A stretch of 62,851 bases of DNA, the filler included, from Chiloscyllium plagiosum (lineage: Eukaryota): the NCBI RefSeq assembly GCF_004010195.1. It is 4 parts of 2 records of this genome, joined end to end, with 100 filler letters (N's around TTAATTAATTAA, not from the genome) between each part and the next. Parts side by side here need not be neighbours in the genome. Positions count along the whole stretch, not along the records: positions 1 to 21,054 come from NC_057713.1; positions 21,155 to 35,342 come from NC_057713.1; 2 more parts are not named here. The stretch is one strand, 5' to 3'. The notes under the pieces were generated by a model, which was not told the origin of the DNA, searched no databases, and saw only the letters and a program-made list of their open reading frames with translations. Positions 14,170-24,744 of the stretch are shown here, in pieces. A program made the position numbers and the translations under genes. The first letter of the stretch is position 1. The number at the start of each line of letters is the position of its first letter.

Positions 14170-14494
14170 ATAGAACATAGAACAATACAGCGCGGGACAG
14201 GCCCTTTGGCCCTCGATGTTGCACTGACCTGTGAACTATTCTCAGCTCATCCCCCTACACTATCCCATCGTCATCCATATGCTTATCTAAAGATTGTTTA
14301 AATCTCCCTAATGTGGCTGAGTTAACTACATTGGCAGGCAGGGCATTCCACACCTTACCACTCTCTGAGTAAAGAACCTGCCTCTGACATCTGTCTTAAA
14401 TCTGTCACCCCCTCAATTTGTAGCTATGCCCCCTCATACAAGCCGGCATCATTATCCTAAGAAAAAGACTTTCACTGTCGACCCTATCTAATCC
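14170..14494 (-). mobile_element. CR1 LINE 3' fragment
   Basis: (TAGAACA)n tail, GGCC hairpin, nearly identical to 29108-29420. Confidence 0.9.
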
Positions 14495-14775
14495 TATAAA
14501 TTAGAAATAAAATACAGTGTGGAAACAGGCCCTTTGGCCCAGTAAGTCCACACCACCCTCCGAAGAGTAACCGTATAGACCCATTCCCCTACCTTTCCCT
14601 CGACTAATTCACGTAACCTACACATCTTTGGACTGTGGGAGGAAACTGGAACAAATTCACACAAGACGCACGGAAAATGTGCAAACTCCACACAGACAGT
14701 CACCCGAGGCTGGAATCGAACCTGGGTCCCTGGCGCTGTGAGGCAGCAATGCTAACCACTGAGCCACCATGCTAC
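14495..14775 (-). mobile_element. HE1-like SINE
   Basis: tRNA-like head on the minus strand (tggtggctcagtggttagc...ggttcgattcc), tgtgtggagtttgcac core and CR1-like tail. Confidence 0.9.
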
Positions 14776-15284
14776 CAATATGAGATTGCACGAGAACGGA
14801 ACTACCACACGATAGCAGTACTGACTGTTTATGCATTCAGAACTTGCATAGGGAAAATGTTGAATTTTTTGGAAACTTTGACGATATTTTCAGAAGTAAC
14901 CCACTGTTAGCTGCAAGAATCACGTGTTCAAAAACAGGCTTATAAATGAAGATTCTGAATAGATTAATAACTTGTTATTTCAAATGTAAAAGTAAAAAAA
15001 AAGCCTCCTCCATACAAAAAGAATCTCACTTTCAAACATTTTGCAACAAAATATTCTTTAATGGTTAAGAATGTCATTTGTGTATGTACAGAGCTTATAC
15101 ATACACTCATAAGCCTGGTCAGGTGGCTTCCTGGCTGGTTTTTGAGGAAATAACATCTAAGAATGTCCCAACTGTTTGAAGCTTTCAGACAGAAGTCACA
15201 CTAACGAGATAGCTCAATTGTACTTAAGATTCTATGTTACATAAATATCTATCAACAGAGAATTGAAGTGTATAGAGAGACCAA

Positions 15285-15832
15285 ATGAAGGCCACTTCTT
15301 CCCTCAGGCAGCTTAGGAAATTCTGAGGAACGGTCACCAGGCCCAAAAGTTAACTTTGATTTCTCTGCAGAGATGCTGCCAGACCTGCTGAGCTTTTCCA
15401 ACAACTTCTGTTTTTGTTAGGAAATTCAGCGGAAGCCACCCTCCCATTCATGGACTCCATTTATACTTCTCATTACCACAGAAAGGCTGTCAACAATATC
15501 AAAGACCCATCCCACCCCTGCTAATGCTCTCCTACAACCTCTTCCATCAGGTAGAAGATACAGAAGCCTGAACACACGAGCCAGCAGGTTCAAGAACAGC
15601 TTCTTCCCTGCCGTTATTAGACTGCTGAATGGACTCCTCTGACTTTAAATAATGTTGACCTTGCTTTGTGCATCTCCTGTTCAGCTGTAACTTTGTATGC
15701 CTTGTTGTGTCCAAGCACCCTATGATCAGAACATTCTCGTTTGCTATGATGTGCTTGAACTGCTTGTAAAACAAAACTTTTCTCTGTACTTAGATACATG
15801 AGACTGTAATAAATCAAAACAAATCAAAATGA
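15285..15832 (+). mobile_element. Rex1/Babar-clade LINE 3' end
   Basis: Translation IKDPSHP..LLQPLPSGRRYRSLNTRASRFKNSFFPAVIRLLN; tail aataaatcaaa. Confidence 0.8.
15324..15416 (+). mobile_element. 93-bp PLE-derived mini-insertion with degenerate hammerhead motif and 11-bp TSD
   Basis: TTAGGAAATTC at 15313-15323 and 15417-15427 flanks (c)tgagga..ggtcaccaggccc-aaaa-gtta..gatgctgccagacctgctgag. Confidence 0.8.
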
Positions 15833-16897
15833 ATTGAGTCGTTGCAACATGCATATCAGATGTCCTGGAGACTACAGAACAAAGCAGAAACTGAAAGTCT
15901 GGATTTCCCTTTACAAACATCCAATAGGTTGTGGCATTACATAAATGTCGAAAGTTCAAAGGTTCAGAGAAAAATTATTTTCATTGCTTTTCATGCATCA
16001 GTTATTCTGATGAATTCTGTAGTCTTAAAAAAGCACGATGCTATGCAAAAACATGGTGAAAACTTGGATTTTATCCAGAATGTCTCCTTTTCAAGCTCTA
16101 CTGATGGGAAAAACTTGCATTTTCCACTTTATAATTTGACAGGTGGAACATTGAACATAATTAAACTGAGAGTAGAAATTGCAATGTTTATCCCTCCAAT
16201 CCCCAGCCCCACTTTGCGTAAGAGACTGGGTTTCAGATAGACAAACAGAATTTCGGAGTGCAATGCAGCTAAATTTATTTAGCCACCTTAAATTTTTAAG
16301 GTGGAATTTAATCATATGGGACTATATTTGAAGTTATTTTCAACTGTTGACTTTATTTTGAATCATCAGCTTTTTAAAAGAATGCGTCAGCTGTTGGAAA
16401 TTTGATATATTTGAATGCATGAGAATATTGTTAGAACAGAACCATCCCAAGCATAAATGGTGAAGCACGTGACCAAATACACTCAGGTTATGTTCCAGAG
16501 GAACATGCAAAAGAGAGTCCAAACAGTAAATGCACTTTCTGCTCTAATTTCGAGACAGTTGAGGAGAACATGCTCAATAAAGCCAAAATATATCAGTAGT
16601 CATCTCATTCCTTTGTAATACCAGGCAACAGAACTGTTAAATATGTAAATAATGAAATATTTACTTCCTCTCTGAAGGTGTTAATTCCTTGCCACGTAAA
16701 GACAATTCCACTTCAGGGGAGAGAGTCATGACAGTGAAGTCTGATGTCATTGCCACCTAACCCCACACAGATTTCCTGCCTTGTAATGCAACAGTGGCAT
16801 TTAATGGGACAAACTTCACTGGTCACTTCAGTTGGAACACTGTGTTAGTGTTCACATCAGTATTCCACTGAAACTGGCTGTAACCCCTGTGTAGACT

Positions 16898-17140
16898 GGG
16901 GAGTGGCCTAGTGGCATTATCGCTGGACTGTTAATCCAGAGACCCAGGTAATTTTCTGGGAACCTGGGTTTGAATTCCACCATGGCAGATAGCGGAATTT
17001 GAATTCAATTAAAAAAAGTCTGGATTGGGAATCTATTATCAATTGTCAGGAAAAATCTATCTGATGAATGTCCTTTCAGGAAGGAATCTGCCAACCTTTA
17101 CCTAGTCTGGCCTACATATACTCCAGACCCACAGCAAAAT
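16898..17140 (+). mobile_element. tRNA-derived SINE (second family), 3'-truncated by a PLE
   Basis: A-box-like gtggcctagtgg, B-box-like gggtttgaattcc, core tcctttcaggaaggaatctgcc. Confidence 0.75.
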
Positions 17141-17142
17141 GA

Positions 17143-18670
17143 TTATGATTTGGAGGTGCCTGTGTTGGATTAGGGTGGACAAAGTTAAAAATCACACAAC
17201 ACCAGGTTATAGTCCTACAGGTTTATTTGGAAGCACTAGCTTTCAGAGTGTCGCTCCTTCATCAGGTGGTTGTGGAGTATAAGATTGTAAGACACAGAAT
17301 TTATTGCAAAAGTTGACAGTGTGATGTAACTGAAATTATATTTTGAAAAAGACCATTCTCAAGTGAACTTTTACAATAGGTGCCATGTCAGCTCAGATAA
17401 TGCATTGAAAGTGTGAGGTGCCCTGTGTGAGGCTGTCTGTGCCCCAATGTTCAGACTGATTCTATTTCTAAAAAATGGACTTACAGAATCTTACATGGAT
17501 TCATGCAGTTTTTGAGCAAAATAAAATGTAATTCTGCAAGTACAAATTCACCCCACGAACATATGTGTGTGTGTGTGTGCACACGCAGGGGTACGAGTGT
17601 CTGTGACAGAGTATGTGTATGACTGTGAGTGTAAAGGGGTATAAGTATGAGAGGGTGCATGTATGGGTGAGAATGTGTATGTGTATGTGTGAGCATGAGA
17701 GAGAGCTTGTGTATGAGAGAGGGTCTGCGTGAGTGTCTGGGTCTGCAGGAGTGTGTGCACGTGCATGTTAGAGAGAGTATAATGCAGTGGGGTCACCTTT
17801 AGTGTGACATGAATCCAAGGTCCCAGTTGAGGCCATCCCCATTGGTACCAAACTTGGCTATCAGCCACTGCTCGACCACTTTGCGTTGTTGCCTGTACCA
17901 AAGTCCCCCTTGGAGGATGGTCACCCAAAGGTCCGAGGTTGAATGTCCTGGACCACTGAAGTGTTCTCCGACTGGGAGGGAACATTCTGTCTGTTGAGTG
18001 TTGTGTGGTGTCCATTCACCCATTGCCTCTGCTCAGTCTCACCAATGTACCATGCCTCAAGGCATCCTTGCCTGCAGCGTACGAGATAGACAACGTTGGC
18101 TAAGTCACATGCGTATCTGCCACGTACATAGTGGGAGGAATCCCCACGAGTAATGGTGGTATCCAAGTCGATTTTCTGACACATCTTGTAGCATTCGCCA
18201 TGACAGGGTTATATGGTCTTCTCCTGAAAGCTGGGCAGTTTGCTGTGTAGAATGATCTGTTTGAGGTTTGGGGTGGCTGCTTAAAGGCGAGAAGTGGAGG
18301 CATGGGGAAGATCTTGGTGAGGTGCTCATCCTCACTGATAATGTGTTGCTGACTGTGAAGAACATGGCGTAGTTTTTCAGCTCCTGGGAAGTACTGGACA
18401 ACGAAGGGTACCCTGTTGGTTGCAGCTCGTGTCTATCTCCTGAGGAGGTCATTACGGTTCCTTGCTGTGGCACGTCGGAACTGGCGGTCAATGAGCTGAG
18501 CATCATACCCTGTTCTTATGAGGGCATCCTTGAGTACTTCCAGGTGCCTGTCACGTTCCTCCTCATCTGAACAGATCCTGCGAGTGTCTAGGGCTTGTCC
18601 GTAGGGAATGGCTGTTTTAATATGTTTCGGGTGGAAGCTGGAGAAGTATAGCATCGTAAGGCTATCAGTG
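17143..18670 (-). mobile_element. Penelope-like element: RT C-terminus, GIY-YIG endonuclease, CA/TG-rich 3' region and pLTR with hammerhead
   Basis: Translations SSFHPKHIKTAIPYGQA..RRICSDEEERD and NVVYLVRCRQGCLEAWYIGETEQR (GIY-YIG); hammerhead motif at 17234-17268. Confidence 0.9.
17234..17268 (-). ncRNA. Minimal type I hammerhead ribozyme motif
   Basis: CAC-CUGAUGA-A-GGAG cgaca CUCU-GAAA-GC-UA^-GUG. Stem I is CAC/GUG; stem III is the palindrome AGCU. Confidence 0.75.
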
Positions 18671-18879
18671 TCTCAGGTACTCATGTGACTCGGCCAATGT
18701 TGTCTATCTCATACACTGCAGGCAAGGATGTCCTGAGGCATGGTACATCAGTGAGTCCGAGCAGAGGCTACGGCAATGGATGAATGGACACTGCACAATA
18801 ATCAACAGATAGAAGTGTTCCCTCCAGCAGTCTGGGACATTCAACCTCGGACTTTCAGGTAACCATCCTCCAAGGTAGG

Positions 18880-20037
18880 GGACTCCCACGAGGAGGTTGA
18901 ACAGTTCATCCACTTTACCAACACCTTCCACCCCGACCTCAAGTTCACCTGGACCGTCTCAGACTCCTCCCTCCCCTTCCTAGACCTTTCCATTTCTATC
19001 TCGGGCGACCGAATCAACACGGACATTTACTATAAACCGACCGACTCCCACAGCTACCTAGACTACACCTCCTCCCACCCTGCCCCCTGTAAAAACGCCA
19101 TCCCATATTCCCAATTCCTTTGTCTCCGCCGCATCTGCTCCCAGGAGGACCAGTTCCAATACCGTACAACCCAGATGGCCTCCTTCTTCAAAGACTGCAA
19201 TTTCCCCCCAGACGGGATCGATGATGCCCTCCACCGCATCTCCTCCACTTCCCGCTCCTCTGCCCTTGAGCCCCGCCCCTCCAATCGCCACCAGGACNNN
19301 NNNNNNNNNNNNNNNNNNNNNNNNNNNNNNNNNNNNNNNNNNNNNNNNNNNNNNNNNNNNNNNNNNNNNNNNNNNNNNNNNNNNNNNNNNNNNNNNNNNN
19401 NNNNNNNNNNNNNNNNNNNNNNNNNNNNNNNNNNNNNNNNNNNNNNNNNNNNNNNNNNNNNNNNNNNNNNNNNNNNNNNNNNNNNNNNNNNNNNNNNNNN
19501 NNNNNNNNNNNNNNNNNNNNNNNNNNNNNNNNNNNNNNNNNNNNNNNNNNNNNNNNNNNNNNNNNNNNNNNNNNNNNNNNNNNNNNNNNNNNNNNNNNNN
19601 NNNNNNNNNNNNNNNNNNNNNNNNNNNNNNNNNNNNNNNNNNNNNNNNNNNNNNNNNNNNNNNNNNNNNNNNNNNNNNNNNNNNNNNNNNNNNNNNNNNN
19701 NNNNNNNNNNNNNNNNNNNNNNNNNNNNNNNNNNNNNNNNNNNNNNNNNNNNNNNNNNNNNNNNNTTCCTGACCTCTCCGCCCCCACCCCCACTCCGGCT
19801 TATCACCCTCACCTTGACCTCCTTCCACCTATTGCATTTCCAACGCCCCTCCCCCAAGTCCCTCCTCCCTACTTTTTATCTTAGCCTGCTGGACAGACTT
19901 TCCTCATTCCTGAAGAAGGGCTCATGCCCGAAACGTCGATTCCCCTGCTCCTTGGATGCTGCCTGACCTGCTGCGCTTTTCCAGCAACACATTTTCAGCT
20001 CTGATTTCCAACATCTGCAGTCCTCACTTTCTCCTTG
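18880..20037 (+). mobile_element. Young Penelope-like element (RT C-terminus, gap, pLTR with hammerhead)
   Basis: Open frame 18884-19297: FIHFTNTFHPDLKFTWT..LPFLDL..IYYKPTDSHSYLDYTSSHP..IPYSQFL..RRICS. CpG retained. Assembly gap at 19298-19765. Confidence 0.88.
19906..19941 (+). ncRNA. Minimal type I hammerhead ribozyme motif
   Basis: AUUC-CUGAAGA-A-GGGC ucau GCCC-GAAA-CG-UC^-GAUU. Perfect 4-bp stem II, palindromic ACGU stem III, GUC triplet. Confidence 0.8.
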
Positions 20038-20551
20038 AAGACTTTGGGACAGGCAACAACGCAATGTGGCACAGAGGCTGATAGCGAAGTTCGGTACCCA
20101 TAGGGAGGGCCTCAACATGACCTTGGGTTCATGTCACACTCCAGGTGACCCCACTGCACTCACAGAACCCATACACTCATGCACTCCCTCTCTCATACGC
20201 TCACACATGCACACCCACACACGCACCCTCTCACAGACCTATACCCCTTTACATTCACACTCACATACATACACATACTCTCTTACAGATGCTTATACCA
20301 CCCCACACACATAATCCCACATATAAGTTTGTGGGGTGAATCTGTACTTGCAGAATTATATTTTATTTTGCTCAAAAACTGCATGAATCCATGTAAGATT
20401 CTGTAAATCCCTTTTTTAGATTAGAATCAGTCTGAACATTGGGGCACAGACAGCCTCACACAGGGCACCTCACACCTTCAATGCATTACCTGGGCAACAT
20501 GGTACCTATTGTTAAAGTTCGCTTGAAAAAAACGTTCTGCGATTTACATAT

Positions 20552-21054
20552 AGAGTCATAGAGATGTACAGCACGGAAACAGACCCTTTGCTCCAACCCG
20601 TCCATGCCGACCAGATATCCCAACCCAATCTAGTCCCACCTGCCAGCACCTGGCCCATATCCCTCCAAACCCTTCCTATTCATACCCTTCATATACCGAT
20701 CCAATTAAATGTTGCAATTGTACCAGCCTCCACCACTTCCTCTGGCAGCTCATTCCATACACGTACCACCCTCTGCGTGGAAAAGTTGCCCTTTCGGGAA
20801 ACTTATCTTTCCCCACTCACCCTAAACCTATGCCCTCTAGTTCTGGACTCCCTGACCCCAGGGAAAAGACTTTGTCTATTTACCCTATCCATGCCTCTCA
20901 TAATTTTGTAAACCTCTATAAGGTCACCCCTCAGCATCCGACGCTCCAGGGAAAACAGCTCAAGCCTGCTCAGCCTTTCCCTATAGCTCAAATCCTCCAA
21001 CCCTGGCAACAGCCTTGTAAATCTTTTCTGAACCCTTTCATGTTTCACAACATC
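20552..21054 (-). mobile_element. CR1 LINE 3' fragment
   Basis: Translation ERVQKRFTRLLPGLEDLSY..RGDLIEVYKIMRG; (TCTATGAC) tail. Confidence 0.92.
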
Positions 21055-21154
21055 NNNNNNNNNNNNNNNNNNNNNNNNNNNNNNNNNNNNNNNNNNNNTT
21101 AATTAATTAANNNNNNNNNNNNNNNNNNNNNNNNNNNNNNNNNNNNNNNNNNNN
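21055..21154. other. Artificial 100-bp spacer N44-TTAATTAATTAA-N44 (also 35343-35442 and 55583-55682)
   Basis: Identical length and layout three times; TTAATTAATTAA gives stops in all six frames. Confidence 0.95.
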
Positions 21155-21997
21155 ATGTGGTAGGTTACAGCAGGATATAGAGAAGCTGCAGAGCTGGGCA
21201 GAAAGGTGGCAAATGGAATTCAATGTAGCTAAGTGTGATGTGATTCACTTTGGGAAGAATAACAAAACGATGGGGTACTGGGCTAATGGTCGGATACTTG
21301 GTAGTGTGGATGAGCAGAGGGATCTTGGTGTCCATGTACACAGATCTCTGAAAGTTGCCACCCAGGTAAATAGTGCGGTGAGGGAGGCATATGGCGTACT
21401 GGCTTTTATTGGTAGAGGAATTGAGTTCGGGAGTCCTGAGGTCATGATGCAGTTGTATAAGACTCTGGTGCGGCCGCATCTGGAATATTGTGTGCAGTTT
21501 TGGTCGCTATACTATAGGAAGGATGTGGAGGCATTGGAACGGGTGCAGAGGAGGTTTACCAGGATGTTGCCTGGTATGGAAGGAAAATCGTATGAGGAAA
21601 GACTGAGGCACTTGGGGCTGTTTTCACTAGAGAAAAGAAGGTTTAGGGGTGACTTGATTGAGGTGTACAAGATGATTAGGGGGTTAGATAGGGTAGACAG
21701 TATGGACCTTTTCCCGCGTATGCAGTTGGGTATTACAAGGGGGCATAGCTTTAAATTAAGGTGGGGTAGATATAGGACTGATGTTAGGGGTAGGTTCTTC
21801 ACTCAGTGAGTCGTTAGTTCATGGAATGCCCTGCCAGTAACAGTGGTGAACTCTCCCTCTTTATGGGCATTTAAGAGGGCATTGGATAGGTATATGGAGG
21901 ATAGTGGGTTAGTGTAGTTTAGGTGGGCTTGGATCGGCGCAACATCGAGGGCCCAAGGGCCTGTACTGCGCTGTATTCTTCTATGTTCTATGTTCTA
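21155..21997 (+). mobile_element. CR1 LINE RT C-terminus and 3'UTR
   Basis: Translation LYKTLVRPHLEYCVQFW..; (TTCTATG)n tail. A further CR1 3' scrap follows at 21998-22235. Confidence 0.93.
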
Positions 21998-22320
21998 AGG
22001 TGAATAGTCGAGGTCTTTTTCACAGTGTTCTGTGTGTGTATGGAATGAGCTGCTAGAGGAAATGGTAAAGGTGGGTACAATTACAACGTATAATAGACAT
22101 TTGGACAGATACATGAATAGGAACAGTTTAGAGGGATATGGGCCAAATAACAGGCAAATAGGACCAGTTTACTTCAGGAAGCTTTGTCGGCATGGATGAG
22201 TTGGACCAAAGGGTCTGTTTCCGTGTTCTATGATACTTTGATAAGAAAGCAGAATATGTCGAGAGGACTTCTGTTTTGTCAGATGCATTAAAATAAATTT
22301 TGATTAAACAGTCAAAAATT

Positions 22321-23470
22321 CAAAGAACTGTGGATGCTGGAAATCATAAACAAAGTCAGAAATTGCTGTAAAAACTCAGCAGGTCTGGCAATATCTGTGG
22401 AGAGAAAGCAGTGTTAATGTTTCGTATACAGTGACCCTTCTTCTGATATGAATGCAGCTAGAAAAAGGTTGGTATATATGCTGAAGATGGGGTGGGAAAA
22501 GGGGAGATGGAACTCAGATAGCTTTCCTGTACACTGAGGAAACAAAGCACAGACTGGCAAACCACTTTGCAAAATACTTACATTCCGTCCACAAAATAGA
22601 CCCTGAGCTTCTGCTTACTGCTATTTCAACACATCACTGTGTTGTCTTACCAATATCTCTACCTCAAGCAAAGCTCAGTGCAGGCTGGAAAAGCAGCACC
22701 TCATTTTCTATTAGGGGTCCCTGCAACGTTCTGGACTTAATATTAGTTTAGATTACTTACAGCGTGGAAACAGGCCCTTCGGCCCAACAAGTCCACACTG
22801 ACCCGCTGAGGTGCAACCCACCCAGACCTATTCCCCTTTTTAGATTTAGATTACTTACAGTGTGGAAACAGACCTTCGGCCCAACAAGTCCACACCGACG
22901 TGCAACCCACCCACACCCATTCCCCTACATTTACCCCTTCACCTAACACTACGGACAATTTAGCATGGCCAATTCACCTAACGTGCACATTTTTGGATTG
23001 TGGGAGGAAACCGGAGCACCCGAAGGAAGCCCACGCAGACACGGGGAGAATGTGCAAACTCCACACAGAGAGTCACCTGAGGCGGGGATTGAACCCGGGT
23101 CTCTGGCGCAGTGAGACAGCAGTGCTAACCAGTGTGCTACCGTGCCGCCCACATTTTTTCTTAAATGAAGATTTTTATCCTCCTGTAATATGTTGTGACT
23201 CCTGACTGCAACCCCTTGCTGTTTGTTACAATATCTAACAATTTTAGGGCCTGAGCATTTTTTTCTCCATATCCTCACCCCAACCCCACACTCCAGGCCT
23301 TGTCATCACACGGACAGCTACTATAAATAACCCATTGTCAACCACTAAAGGTCCCCATTAACGGCTAGTCATTCTCTCATGTTAACCTTCACCCATTTAT
23401 TTAACAGCCCAACTCTCTCTGTCTCTGGGCTCCATCTCCACCAGCTCTTCCAGCAGTTTCTGATTTTGAT
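22321..23470 (+). mobile_element. Decayed PLE: inverted pLTR tail (22321-22445), GIY-YIG remnant (22530-22745) and 3' region (23150-23470)
   Basis: ETKHRLANHF-like remnant; degenerate minus-strand hammerhead cagaaga-agggtcac..-gaaac at 22411-22445. Confidence 0.65.
22746..23150 (-). mobile_element. HE1-like SINE with duplicated 3' tail
   Basis: Full tRNA-like head at 23150; the tail segment tagattacttacag..ggcccaacaagtccacac occurs twice. Confidence 0.92.
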
Positions 23471-24744
23471 TTAAGGGTCAATAGCTGTGCAGGATTGAAA
23501 GTCTTTGCTTTGCAGAGATAAAAAGGGAACTCAGCTCAGCTGCGAGTTCTCAGTATTCCAAAACTACTACGTAAATGAGGACTACAAATGCTTATTATAG
23601 TTGTTTTTAGAAATTACTGCTCAAGTATTGACCTTCCTGTTTGAACTAGTTGTTAATCTGCAGCTATAATGGCCTTGCTTACCTATCAAATACAAAATGA
23701 AAAAGGAGGCTGCTACAAAGTTGTGTGGTTAAAATATATTGATTAAATTATATAAACCTTTTTCTGGAACTGGAAAATATTAAACTAATTTCATGTTTGC
23801 TATGAGATTAAGTTCATACGTTTGAAAATGATGCTGAAGCCAGTGAACTACAGATGTGTTTCCTCAAAACGCATCATTCTAAGTATTTACGGTACCATAT
23901 ATCTATCTATTTGTAAAATCCACTTTTGCGTCCATGCATCTGAATTCTATGATAATATTAAATGGTTTGGTTGTGCTGTCATGAACAATTAAAAAATTCT
24001 TCCAATAGGTTTCCCTCCAAACTAAAGGTAGAGTTATGAGATGTGATGACAATTTCAAAAGGATTAAAGGCTTTTAAACATCAGATCATTTGGTCAATCG
24101 CCTGCATCCTTCCTGTTGTTTTGGTAGAATGTGCAACACCCGGAACATCTCAGCAGCCATGGTGGATAAATCAAATCCCCTACAGAAGACATGTTTCGGT
24201 TGATCTGATGGAAAAGTACCATATGCCCCCACACACACAGACACGACATTAACTAATACTATGTCAGTCATTTCTGCCTTACAAGCAATATGGTCCAGGA
24301 TCTAGGTTTTAATACAACTTGATAATTATATTGATTTACATGAAAACAAAGTTCGAACGATGGTCTGCACTGTGTCTAATATCTAAAACCTAGACTAAAT
24401 GAACAAGCTGGAGCATCAGACTTAAACTACTCATGAACATGAATAAATGATGTATGCAATATAATAATTTATCTAATAACAGAGCATTCAACACTCAAAA
24501 TTTACCAAGAAAGGTTATAACTCATTATCAAAAATTCCAATATTACAAAGTTCCATTATTCTCCACCAAATAGCAATCAAACCATATCCCTTCAAAACAC
24601 GTTGATATTCATTGTGGCGTCATCGTTGGTCAGAGGGATACAATTACCATACAATAAGTTTGTTTAAGCAGTTTACATTGTAAATATGGAAGAATGAATT
24701 TACAGTGGAAACATATAAAGAAACTTTGTTGAAGGAAGAAAATG

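Larger units (their letters stand above)
14008..14828. mobile_element. Tc1/pogo-like MITE split by CR1 and SINE insertions
   Basis: Left end ggttgttctgctatagcg and right end cgatagcagtactgactg are degenerate inverted ends. The interior aligns with the copy at 54268-54483. Confidence 0.6.
18670..20550 (+). mobile_element. Inverted partial copy of the 17143-18670 PLE (18670-18878 plus 20038-20550), interrupted by a second PLE
   Basis: Reverse-complement match to about 17350-18120; the GIY-YIG segment resumes after 20037. Confidence 0.85.

Noticed and set aside
17560..17775. TG/CA-rich tract and its His/Thr-rich ORFs (mirror at 20155-20325)
   Set aside because: Low-complexity part of the PLE 3' region, not coding.
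21099..21110. Palindromic TTAATTAATTAA between N runs (three times)
   Set aside because: Artificial six-frame-stop spacer in fixed 100-bp gaps. Adjacency across these points is also uncertain.
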